Shown here piece after piece: positions 53,991 to 64,000 of a DNA stretch of 64,000 nucleotides; within the stretch, counting starts at the first letter, position 1; each line of letters opens with the position of its first letter. The position numbers and the translations under genes were made by a program. This stretch comes from Escherichia coli (lineage in GTDB: Bacteria; Pseudomonadota; Gammaproteobacteria; Enterobacterales; Enterobacteriaceae): assembly GCF_003018115.1 (NCBI RefSeq), contig NZ_CP027457.1, one strand, 5' to 3'. The notes beneath the pieces are model-generated. The model worked only from the letters and a program-made list of their open reading frames with translations. It made no database searches and had not been told where the DNA came from.

Positions 53991-55813
53991 GCGCAATTTC
54001 CCTGATCAATAGCGGCGTGGCGTGGTTTGTCGCCGCCGCTGTTCTGGCATTTCTCTTTTCTTTTCAAAAGGCGCTAAGCGGCTGGATAGCCGGAATTGGC
54101 GGCGCGGTTGGTAGTCTGTATACGGCAGCCGCGGGCTTCACTGTACTGACTGGCGCGGTTGGCGTGAGCGGTGCGCTGTCGCTGGTAAGCTACGATGTGC
54201 AAATCTCTCCGCTTAACGCGATTTGGCTGATTACGCTCGGTCTGTGCGGTCTGTTTGTCAGCCTCTACAACATTGACTGGCATCGCCACGCGCAGGTGAA
54301 GTGCAACGGCTTGCAGATCAATATGTTGATGGCTGCCGCCGTCTGCGCCGTCATTGCCAGCAACCTCGGCATGTTCGTGGTAATGGCCGAAGTCATGGCC
54401 TTGTGTGCGGTGTTCCTCACCAGCAACAGCAAAGAGGGCAAACTGTGGTTTGCGCTGGGGCGTCTTGGCACTCTGCTGCTGGCGATTGCTTGCTGGCTGC
54501 TGTGGCAGCGTTACGGCACGCTGGATCTGCGCCTGCTGGATATGCGTATGCAACAGCTGCCGCTCGGTTCCGATATCTGGCTGCTCAGTGTGATTGGCTT
54601 TGGCCTGCTGGCCGGGATTATTCCGCTGCACGGCTGGGTGCCGCAGGCACATGCGAACGCCTCTGCGCCAGCTGCCGCGTTGTTTTCTACGGTAGTCATG
54701 AAAATTGGCCTGCTGGGCATTTTAACCCTGTCACTGCTGGGCGGTAATGCACCGCTGTGGTGGGGGATCGCGCTGCTGGTGCTCGGTATGATCACCGCGT
54801 TTGTCGGCGGTCTGTATGCGTTGATGGAGCATAACATCCAGCGTCTACTGGCTTACCACACCCTGGAAAATATCGGCATTATCCTGCTGGGGCTGGGCGC
54901 TGGCGTAACGGGTATCGCGCTCGAACAACCGGCGCTGATTGCTCTTGGCCTGGTCGGTGGTCTGTACCATCTGCTTAACCATAGCCTGTTCAAAAGCGTA
55001 CTGTTCCTCGGGGCGGGGAGCGTCTGGTTCCGTACCGGTCATCGCGATATCGAAAAACTCGGTGGTATTGGCAAGAAAATGCCGGTTATCTCCATCGCTA
55101 TGTTAGTCGGGCTGATGGCAATGGCTGCACTGCCGCCGCTGAACGGTTTTGCCGGGGAATGGGTTATCTATCAATCCTTCTTCAAACTGAGCAATAGTGG
55201 CGCGTTTGTTGCCCGTCTGCTGGGGCCGCTGCTCGCTGTGGGTCTGGCAATTACCGGTGCGCTGGCGGTGATGTGTATGGCGAAAGTCTATGGCGTCACG
55301 TTCCTCGGCGCGCCGCGTACCAAAGAAGCCGAAAACGCCACCTGTGCACCGCTCCTGATGAGCGTAAGCGTAGTGGCACTGGCGATTTGCTGCGTAATTG
55401 GCGGTGTTGCTGCGCCGTGGCTGCTGCCGATGCTCTCTGCTGCTGTACCTCTGCCTCTGGAGCCTGCTAACACCACCGTTTCTCAACCAATGATCACGTT
55501 GCTGCTGATTGCCTGCCCGCTGCTGCCATTCATCATTATGGCGATTTGCAAAGGCGATCGTTTGCCATCGCGTTCCCGCGGTGCGGCCTGGGTGTGCGGT
55601 TACGACCACGAAAAATCAATGGTGATTACCGCTCACGGTTTTGCCATGCCGGTGAAACAGGCGTTTGCGCCGGTGCTGAAACTGCGCAAATGGCTGAATC
55701 CGGTGTCGCTGGTGCCGGGCTGGCAGTGCGAGGGGAGTGCGTTGCTGTTCCGCCGGATGGCGCTGGTTGAACTGGCGGTACTGGTGGTGATTATTGTTTC
55801 ACGAGGAGCCTGA
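53987..55813 (+). CDS. hycC: Formate hydrogenlyase subunit 3 (NuoL/M-like membrane subunit)
   Basis: 608 aa polytopic membrane protein. Confidence 0.93.
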   Translation: MSAISLINSGVAWFVAAAVLAFLFSFQKALSGWIAGIGGAVGSLYTAAAGFTVLTGAVGVSGALSLVSYDVQISPLNAIWLITLGLCGLFVSLYNIDWHRHAQVKCNGLQINMLMAAAVCAVIASNLGMFVVMAEVMALCAVFLTSNSKEGKLWFALGRLGTLLLAIACWLLWQRYGTLDLRLLDMRMQQLPLGSDIWLLSVIGFGLLAGIIPLHGWVPQAHANASAPAAALFSTVVMKIGLLGILTLSLLGGNAPLWWGIALLVLGMITAFVGGLYALMEHNIQRLLAYHTLENIGIILLGLGAGVTGIALEQPALIALGLVGGLYHLLNHSLFKSVLFLGAGSVWFRTGHRDIEKLGGIGKKMPVISIAMLVGLMAMAALPPLNGFAGEWVIYQSFFKLSNSGAFVARLLGPLLAVGLAITGALAVMCMAKVYGVTFLGAPRTKEAENATCAPLLMSVSVVALAICCVIGGVAAPWLLPMLSAAVPLPLEPANTTVSQPMITLLLIACPLLPFIIMAICKGDRLPSRSRGAAWVCGYDHEKSMVITAHGFAMPVKQAFAPVLKLRKWLNPVSLVPGWQCEGSALLFRRMALVELAVLVVIIVSRGA

Positions 55814-55815
55814 GA

Positions 55816-56739
55816 ATGAGTGTTTTATATCCGTTAATTCAGGCGCTGGTGTTATTTGCCGTTGCGCCGCTGCTCTCCGGTATAACCCGCGTGGCGCGCG
55901 CCCGCTTGCATAACCGTCGCGGGCCGGGCGTGTTGCAGGAGTATCGCGACATTATCAAACTGCTGGGCCGCCAGAGCGTTGGCCCGGATGCCTCCGGCTG
56001 GGTGTTCCGCCTGACGCCGTATGTGATGGTGGGCGTCATGCTGACTATCGCTACTGCGCTGCCGGTGGTGACCGTCGGTTCTCCGCTGCCGCAACTGGGT
56101 GATTTGATCACCTTACTGTATCTCTTTGCCATCGCGCGTTTCTTCTTTGCCATTTCTGGTCTGGATACCGGTAGCCCGTTTACCGCTATCGGCGCGAGCC
56201 GTGAAGCGATGCTTGGCGTGCTGGTCGAACCGATGCTGCTGCTTGGTCTGTGGGTTGCCGCACAGGTTGCCGGTTCCACCAACATCAGCAACATCACCGA
56301 CACCGTTTATCACTGGCCGCTGAGCCAGAGCATCCCGCTGGTACTGGCGCTTTGTGCCTGTGCGTTCGCCACCTTTATCGAAATGGGCAAACTGCCGTTC
56401 GACCTGGCGGAAGCCGAGCAGGAGCTGCAGGAAGGTCCGCTCTCTGAATACAGCGGCAGCGGCTTTGGCGTCATGAAATGGGGTATCAGCCTGAAACAGC
56501 TGGTGGTGCTGCAGATGTTCGTCGGGGTGTTTATTCCGTGGGGACAAATGGAAACCTTCACCGTCGGTGGGCTGCTGCTGGCGCTGGTGATTGCCATCGT
56601 CAAACTGGTGGTCGGCGCCCTGGTTATCGCGCTGTTCGAAAACAGCATGGCCCGTCTGCGTCTTGATATTACTCCGCGCATTACCTGGGCTGGGTTTGGC
56701 TTTGCATTTTTAGCGTTCGTCTCCTTGCTGGCGGCGTGA
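55816..56739 (+). CDS. hycD: Formate hydrogenlyase subunit 4 (NuoH-like)
   Basis: 307 aa membrane protein. Confidence 0.93.
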   Translation: MSVLYPLIQALVLFAVAPLLSGITRVARARLHNRRGPGVLQEYRDIIKLLGRQSVGPDASGWVFRLTPYVMVGVMLTIATALPVVTVGSPLPQLGDLITLLYLFAIARFFFAISGLDTGSPFTAIGASREAMLGVLVEPMLLLGLWVAAQVAGSTNISNITDTVYHWPLSQSIPLVLALCACAFATFIEMGKLPFDLAEAEQELQEGPLSEYSGSGFGVMKWGISLKQLVVLQMFVGVFIPWGQMETFTVGGLLLALVIAIVKLVVGALVIALFENSMARLRLDITPRITWAGFGFAFLAFVSLLAA

Positions 56740-56756
56740 TTAAAGAGAGTTTGAGC

Positions 56757-58466
56757 ATGTCTGAAGAAAAATTAGGTCAACATTATCTCGCCGCGCTGAA
56801 TGAGGCATTTCCGGGCGTCGTGCTGGACCACGCCTGGCAGACCAAAGATCAGCTGACTGTCACCGTAAAGGTGAACTATCTGCCGGAAGTAGTGGAGTTT
56901 CTCTACTACAAGCAGGGGGGCTGGCTGTCGGTGCTTTTTGGTAACGACGAACGCAAACTGAATGGTCATTACGCCGTTTATTACGTGCTGTCGATGGAGA
57001 AGGGGACTAAGTGCTGGGTAACGGTTCGCGTCGAAGTTGATGCCAACAAACCGGAGTATCCGTCCGTGACGCCGCGCGTTCCGGCGGCGGTGTGGGGCGA
57101 GCGCGAAGTGCGCGATATGTACGGTTTGATTCCGGTTGGTCTGCCGGATGAACGCCGTCTGGTGCTGCCGGATGACTGGCCGGATGAACTTTATCCGCTG
57201 CGTAAAGACAGCATGGATTATCGTCAGCGTCCGGCACCGACCACCGATGCTGAAACCTACGAGTTCATCAACGAACTGGGCGACAAGAAAAACAACGTCG
57301 TGCCGATTGGTCCGTTGCACGTCACTTCCGACGAACCGGGTCACTTCCGTCTGTTCGTCGATGGCGAAAACATTATCGACGCCGACTACCGTCTGTTCTA
57401 CGTCCATCGCGGCATGGAAAAACTGGCGGAAACCCGCATGGGTTATAACGAAGTGACCTTCCTCTCTGACCGTGTGTGCGGGATCTGCGGCTTTGCTCAC
57501 AGCACCGCCTACACCACGTCGGTGGAAAACGCGATGGGTATTCAGGTGCCAGAACGTGCGCAGATGATCCGCGCCATTCTGCTGGAGGTGGAACGCCTGC
57601 ACTCGCATCTGCTCAACCTCGGTCTTGCCTGCCACTTTACCGGCTTTGACTCCGGCTTTATGCAGTTCTTCCGCGTGCGTGAAACCTCCATGAAAATGGC
57701 GGAGATCCTTACTGGTGCGCGTAAAACCTACGGCCTGAACCTGATCGGCGGGATTCGTCGCGATCTGCTGAAAGATGACATGATCCAGACCCGCCAGCTG
57801 GCGCAACAGATGCGTCGTGAAGTGCAGGAGCTGGTGGATGTGCTGCTGAGTACGCCGAACATGGAACAGCGCACTGTCGGCATTGGTCGTCTGGACCCGG
57901 AAATCGCTCGCGACTTCAGTAACGTTGGCCCGATGGTCCGCGCCAGCGGTCACGCCCGCGATACCCGCGCAGATCACCCATTTGTCGGCTATGGCCTGCT
58001 GCCAATGGAAGTCCACAGCGAGCAGGGCTGCGACGTTATTTCCCGTCTGAAAGTGCGTATCAACGAAGTCTATACCGCGCTGAACATGATCGACTACGGT
58101 CTGGATAACCTGCCGGGTGGCCCACTGATGGTGGAAGGCTTTACCTACATTCCGCACCGCTTTGCGCTGGGCTTTGCCGAAGCGCCGCGCGGCGACGATA
58201 TCCACTGGAGCATGACCGGCGACAACCAGAAGCTGTACCGCTGGCGCTGCCGTGCCGCGACCTACGCGAACTGGCCGACCCTGCGCTACATGCTGCGTGG
58301 CAATACCGTTTCCGATGCGCCGCTGATTATCGGTAGCCTCGACCCTTGCTACTCCTGTACCGACCGCATGACCGTGGTCGATGTGCGTAAGAAGAAGAGC
58401 AAAGTGGTGCCGTACAAAGAACTCGAGCGTTACAGCATTGAGCGTAAAAACTCGCCGCTGAAATAA
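56757..58466 (+). CDS. hycE: Hydrogenase 3 large subunit ([NiFe], NuoC/D-like)
   Basis: 569 aa from ATG 56757; NiFe-binding CxxC motifs (RVCGICGFAH; C-terminal DPCYSCTDR). Confidence 0.95.
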   Translation: MSEEKLGQHYLAALNEAFPGVVLDHAWQTKDQLTVTVKVNYLPEVVEFLYYKQGGWLSVLFGNDERKLNGHYAVYYVLSMEKGTKCWVTVRVEVDANKPEYPSVTPRVPAAVWGEREVRDMYGLIPVGLPDERRLVLPDDWPDELYPLRKDSMDYRQRPAPTTDAETYEFINELGDKKNNVVPIGPLHVTSDEPGHFRLFVDGENIIDADYRLFYVHRGMEKLAETRMGYNEVTFLSDRVCGICGFAHSTAYTTSVENAMGIQVPERAQMIRAILLEVERLHSHLLNLGLACHFTGFDSGFMQFFRVRETSMKMAEILTGARKTYGLNLIGGIRRDLLKDDMIQTRQLAQQMRREVQELVDVLLSTPNMEQRTVGIGRLDPEIARDFSNVGPMVRASGHARDTRADHPFVGYGLLPMEVHSEQGCDVISRLKVRINEVYTALNMIDYGLDNLPGGPLMVEGFTYIPHRFALGFAEAPRGDDIHWSMTGDNQKLYRWRCRAATYANWPTLRYMLRGNTVSDAPLIIGSLDPCYSCTDRMTVVDVRKKKSKVVPYKELERYSIERKNSPLK

Positions 58467-58475
58467 GGAATCGCC

Positions 58476-59018
58476 ATGTTTACCTTTATCAAAAAAGTTA
58501 TCAAAACCGGCACGGCGACCTCGTCTTATCCGCTGGAGCCGATTGCGGTTGATAAAAACTTCCGTGGTAAGCCAGAGCAGAACCCGCAGCAGTGCATCGG
58601 CTGCGCGGCCTGCGTCAATGCCTGCCCGTCAAACGCCTTAACGGTTGAAACCGACCTCGCCACAGGAGAGCTTGCCTGGGAGTTTAATCTCGGGCGTTGC
58701 ATCTTCTGTGGACGCTGCGAAGAAGTTTGCCCGACGGCGGCGATCAAACTGTCGCAAGAGTACGAACTGGCGGTGTGGAAGAAAGAAGACTTCCTGCAAC
58801 AGTCCCGCTTCGCGCTGTGCAACTGCCGCGTCTGCAATCGTCCTTTCGCCGTCCAGAAAGAGATCGACTACGCCATTGCGCTGCTTAAGCACAATGGCGA
58901 CAGCCGCGCGGAAAACCACCGCGAAAGCTTTGAGACTTGCCCGGAATGTAAGCGCCAGAAATGCCTGGTGCCGTCCGACCGTATTGAACTGACTCGCCAT
59001 ATGAAAGAGGCCATCTGA
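58476..59018 (+). CDS. hycF: Formate hydrogenlyase subunit 6 (2x4Fe-4S ferredoxin, NuoI-like)
   Basis: 180 aa; [12 protein letters not shown] and [12 protein letters not shown]. Confidence 0.95.
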   Translation: MFTFIKKVIKTGTATSSYPLEPIAVDKNFRGKPEQNPQQCIGCAACVNACPSNALTVETDLATGELAWEFNLGRCIFCGRCEEVCPTAAIKLSQEYELAVWKKEDFLQQSRFALCNCRVCNRPFAVQKEIDYAIALLKHNGDSRAENHRESFETCPECKRQKCLVPSDRIELTRHMKEAI

Positions 59019-59785
59019 TGAGCAATTTATTAGGCCCCCGTGACGCCAACGGCATTCCGGTCCCGATGACGGTGGATGAATCCATCGCCAGTATGAAGGC
59101 GTCGTTACTGAAAAAAATCAAACGCTCTGCCTACGTTTACCGCGTGGACTGCGGCGGCTGCAACGGCTGCGAAATCGAAATTTTCGCCACGCTTTCGCCG
59201 CTGTTTGATGCAGAACGCTTCGGCATTAAAGTCGTTCCTTCACCGCGTCATGCGGATATTTTACTGTTTACCGGCGCGGTCACCCGTGCAATGCGATCCC
59301 CTGCGCTGCGTGCGTGGCAGTCCGCGCCGGACCCGAAAATTTGTATCTCCTACGGTGCCTGCGGTAACAGCGGCGGGATCTTCCACGATCTCTACTGCGT
59401 GTGGGGCGGTACGGATAAAATCGTCCCGGTGGATGTTTATATCCCTGGCTGCCCGCCAACGCCTGCCGCCACGCTGTACGGCTTTGCAATGGCGCTCGGC
59501 CTGCTGGAGCAGAAAATTCACGCCCGTGGGCCGGGTGAGCAGGATGAACAACCGGCGGAGATCCTGCATGGCGATATGGTGCAGCCGCTGCGTGTGAAAG
59601 TGGATCGCGAAGCACGTCGACTGGCGGGTTATCGTTACGGTCGTCAGATTGCCGATGATTACCTTACACAGTTAGGGCAGGGCGAAGAACAGGTTGCACG
59701 CTGGCTGGAAGCGGAAAACGATCCGCGTCTGAACGAGATTGTCAGCCATCTGAATCATGTTGTTGAAGAGGCGCGTATCCGATGA
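59018..59785 (+). CDS. hycG: Hydrogenase 3 small subunit (NuoB-like)
   Basis: 255 aa; CGGCNGCE and GCPP motifs. Confidence 0.95.
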   Translation: MSNLLGPRDANGIPVPMTVDESIASMKASLLKKIKRSAYVYRVDCGGCNGCEIEIFATLSPLFDAERFGIKVVPSPRHADILLFTGAVTRAMRSPALRAWQSAPDPKICISYGACGNSGGIFHDLYCVWGGTDKIVPVDVYIPGCPPTPAATLYGFAMALGLLEQKIHARGPGEQDEQPAEILHGDMVQPLRVKVDREARRLAGYRYGRQIADDYLTQLGQGEEQVARWLEAENDPRLNEIVSHLNHVVEEARIR

Positions 59786-60192
59786 GTGAAAAGGTGGTGT
59801 TCAGTCAACTGAGCCGTAAATTTATTGATGAGAACGATGCCACGCCCGCCGAGGCGCAGCAGGTGGTCTATTACAGCCTGGCGATTGGTCACCACCTTGG
59901 GGTTATCGATTGCCTGGAAGCGGCGCTCACCTGCCCGTGGGATGAATATCTGGCATGGATTGCCACTCTGGAGGCGGGCAGCGAAGCCCGCCGCAAAATG
60001 GAAGGCGTACCGAAGTACGGTGAGATCGTCATCGACATTAACCATGTGCCGATGCTGGCCAATGCATTCGATAAAGCCCGGGCAGCGCAAACTTCGCAGC
60101 AGCAGGAATGGAGTACAATGCTGTTAAGTATGCTGCATGATATTCATCAGGAAAACGCCATCTATTTGATGGTGAGGAGACTGCGTGACTGA
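59782..60192 (+). CDS. hycH: Formate hydrogenlyase maturation protein HycH
   Basis: 136 aa; operon position. Confidence 0.9.
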   Translation: MSEKVVFSQLSRKFIDENDATPAEAQQVVYYSLAIGHHLGVIDCLEAALTCPWDEYLAWIATLEAGSEARRKMEGVPKYGEIVIDINHVPMLANAFDKARAAQTSQQQEWSTMLLSMLHDIHQENAIYLMVRRLRD

Positions 60193-60655
60193 CGTTTTAC
60201 TCTGTGTTGGCAATAGCATGATGGGTGATGATGGCGCAGGTCCGCTGCTGGCGGAAAAGTGCGCCGCCGCGCCGAAAGGTAACTGGGTGGTGATTGACGG
60301 CGGTAGCGCACCGGAAAACGACATCGTCGCCATCCGTGAACTGCGCCCGACACGGCTGCTGATTGTCGACGCCACGGATATGGGGCTAAACCCCGGCGAA
60401 ATCCGCATCATCGACCCGGATGATATCGCCGAGATGTTTATGATGACTACCCATAACATGCCGTTGAACTACCTTATCGATCAGTTGAAAGAAGATATTG
60501 GCGAAGTGATTTTCCTCGGCATCCAGCCGGATATCGTCGGCTTTTACTACCCGATGACCCAGCCGATTAAAGATGCGGTTGAAACCGTTTATCAACGACT
60601 GGAAGGCTGGGAAGGAAATGGTGGATTTGCGCAGTTAGCGGTGGAAGTAGAGTAG
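60185..60655 (+). CDS. hycI: Hydrogenase 3 maturation endopeptidase HycI
   Basis: 156 aa; [20 protein letters not shown]. Confidence 0.93.
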   Translation: MTDVLLCVGNSMMGDDGAGPLLAEKCAAAPKGNWVVIDGGSAPENDIVAIRELRPTRLLIVDATDMGLNPGEIRIIDPDDIAEMFMMTTHNMPLNYLIDQLKEDIGEVIFLGIQPDIVGFYYPMTQPIKDAVETVYQRLEGWEGNGGFAQLAVEVE

Positions 60656-60679
60656 TTTTTCATTAAGGAATTCAGGGAA

Positions 60680-61453
60680 TTGAACATCAGAACAGGGATG
60701 TGCGCTTTTTTATTGAGCTTAGTGCTGCCTGTACAGGCCACCAGCTTTACCGAATATCTGCCGATGAGTGACAGCGAATACGCGCAAAAGCGGGCGCTGA
60801 AACCTCTCCTGACCATGCCTTATGATGCCGAGCAAAACTGGCATTTTAGAAAAGTCGGCGTTGCTGGCGTGACGCTTGAAAAGATGCCAAATGATGATAG
60901 TGAATGGCAATTGAACGGTAAAGATCGCGCCGGTAAATCCTGGTCTGTGCCTGTGGGGGTGCTGCAAAATATGGCGGGTAATGCGCAACTTTACCGTGCC
61001 GATCTTGATCGTAACGGCATTCAGGATCTGGTTATCTGGCGGGGTATTTCAGGAAATGGTCTGGCACCTAACGCGTTTTTGATTCTGATGACCTTTAATC
61101 AGCAAGGTCGCCCGTGTGTTTTTCAGTCCGATGGTTTTTATACCGCAAGTGAAACTGGCATTGATGATTTGCTGGATTTACAAAGGAATGGCCACACGCA
61201 ATTGCTGGATATGCAGTTTGATTCCGGTTACTGGATAACCAGTCTGTATCAGGTAAAAGACGCCAAATGGCAGCGTGTTCACGGCTGGTTTGGCAAGTTA
61301 AGCTATCCCGCGCTCACGCGTTTTACTTATACCCCCAACCGTAAACTCGTCCTCAAACCCATCGCCGGGCGCGACCCGCAAACGGAAGATCTGGCGCAGA
61401 CGCAGCGTTGCTTGATAAAGGGGGATGTGCTTTATGGGGTGAACCAGAACTGA
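60680..61453 (+). CDS. Secreted protein of unknown function (signal peptide; Asp-rich FG-GAP/VCBS-like motif)
   Basis: 257 aa from TTG 60680, or 251 aa from ATG 60698; N-terminus MCAFLLSLVLPVQA|TSF is signal-peptide-like; motif ADLDRNGIQDLVIW; not in the K-12 hycI-ascB interval as I recall it. Confidence 0.6.
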   Translation: MNIRTGMCAFLLSLVLPVQATSFTEYLPMSDSEYAQKRALKPLLTMPYDAEQNWHFRKVGVAGVTLEKMPNDDSEWQLNGKDRAGKSWSVPVGVLQNMAGNAQLYRADLDRNGIQDLVIWRGISGNGLAPNAFLILMTFNQQGRPCVFQSDGFYTASETGIDDLLDLQRNGHTQLLDMQFDSGYWITSLYQVKDAKWQRVHGWFGKLSYPALTRFTYTPNRKLVLKPIAGRDPQTEDLAQTQRCLIKGDVLYGVNQN

Positions 61454-61523
61454 CTTTTTGCAGAGTGGCTATGAGGGGGATTACGTGCAGACAGACGTCA
61501 CGTTACTACAGAGAGAACAAAGA

Positions 61524-61943
61524 ATGACTGCTAATGCTGCACGCGCTGTTAAAGCAACAAGAGAACTGGTCAATGCAGTCCCCTTTCTGGGAGGCAGTGA
61601 CTCAGAAGATGATTATCGTGAAGCACTGGAACTGGTCGAATATTTGATTGAAGAAGATGACACCAATCCACTTATCGACTTTCTGGCGAGCCGCATTGCA
61701 GAGTATGAAAACAACAACGAAAAGTTTGCAGAGTTCGACAAAGCCGTTGCGGCAATGCCGGTTGGCGTGGCGTTACTTCGCACGTTGATTGATCAACATA
61801 ATCTGACCTATGCGGATTTGAAGAACGAAATCGGCTCTAAATCCCTGGTCAGTCAGATTTTGTCTGGACAACGATCCCTGACAATATCCCACATTAAGGC
61901 ACTTTCAGCCCGATTTGGCGTTAAGCCGGAATGGTTTCTTTGA
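61524..61943 (+). CDS. HigA-family HTH (XRE-type) antitoxin-like regulator, no cognate toxin adjacent
   Basis: 139 aa from ATG 61524 (alternative starts GTG 61485, TTG 61458); layout ...VPFLGGSDSEDDYREALELVEYLIE...NPLIDFLASRIAEYE...FAEFDKAVAAMPVGVALLRTLIDQHNLTYADLKNEIGSKSLVSQILSGQRSLTISHIKALSARFGVKPEWF parallels E. coli HigA as remembered. Confidence 0.65.
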   Translation: MTANAARAVKATRELVNAVPFLGGSDSEDDYREALELVEYLIEEDDTNPLIDFLASRIAEYENNNEKFAEFDKAVAAMPVGVALLRTLIDQHNLTYADLKNEIGSKSLVSQILSGQRSLTISHIKALSARFGVKPEWFL

Positions 61944-61959
61944 TTTTGACTGATGCCAA

Positions 61960-62045
61960 ACCCCAGATTGCCCGATGCGCTGCGCTTATCGGGCCTACAT
62001 GTCGCACGAACTATGTAGGCCGGATAAGGCGTTCACGCCGCATCC
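61960..62045. repeat. REP/BIME palindromic units
   Basis: gcccgatgcgctgcgcttatcgggcctacatg ... gtaggccggataaggcgttcacgccgcatccggca. Confidence 0.75.
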
Positions 62046-62056
62046 GGCACGGTTAC

Positions 62057-64000
<1,944 letters not shown>

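Noticed and set aside
60680-61453. The 257-aa protein as a non-canonical toxin partner of the HigA-like gene
   Set aside because: It has a signal peptide and is far larger than RelE/HigB-type toxins, so cytoplasmic toxin function is unlikely; kept as a separate finding of unknown function

Overview
This 64 kb window is Escherichia coli chromosome, running from the 3' end of eno to the 3' end of ascF; from memory it matches the K-12 61-63 min region in reverse orientation. All identifications rest on reading the translated ORFs and on remembered K-12 synteny and protein sequences; no database search or alignment was run, and start codons were chosen by hand. Gene order: eno', ygcG, queE, CRISPR array with leader, ygcE-yqcE, ygcW-ygcU-ygcS-ygcR-ygcQ, ygcP-ygcO-ygcN-queD, cysJIH, a hok-type toxin locus, truncated cas3, a second CRISPR array, iap, cysDNC, ygbE, ftsB, ispDF, truD, surE, pcm, nlpD, rpoS, hosA-ecdBCD, ygbNMLKJ, ygbI, pphB, mutS, ygbA, fhlA, hypEDCBA, hycABCDEFGHI, a two-gene insert, ascB, ascF'. 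Three things differ from the K-12 layout as I remember it: (1) the type I-E cas operon is deleted, leaving a 3'-truncated cas3 fused to the first repeat of the iap-side array, so both arrays (13 and 7 repeats) are orphaned; (2) the rpoS-ygbN interval carries hosA plus ecdBCD; (3) two extra genes (a signal-peptide protein and a solo HigA-family HTH protein) sit between hycI and ascB. The most interesting signals not covered by the ORF track are an intact 50-aa Hok/Gef toxin ORF with a coupled mok-like ORF upstream of cas3, and leader terminators placed about 25 nt before the start codons of yqcE, ygcW and ygcS, in a cluster that also encodes a GlpP-family antiterminator (ygcP). I found no convincing novel multi-gene defence system.
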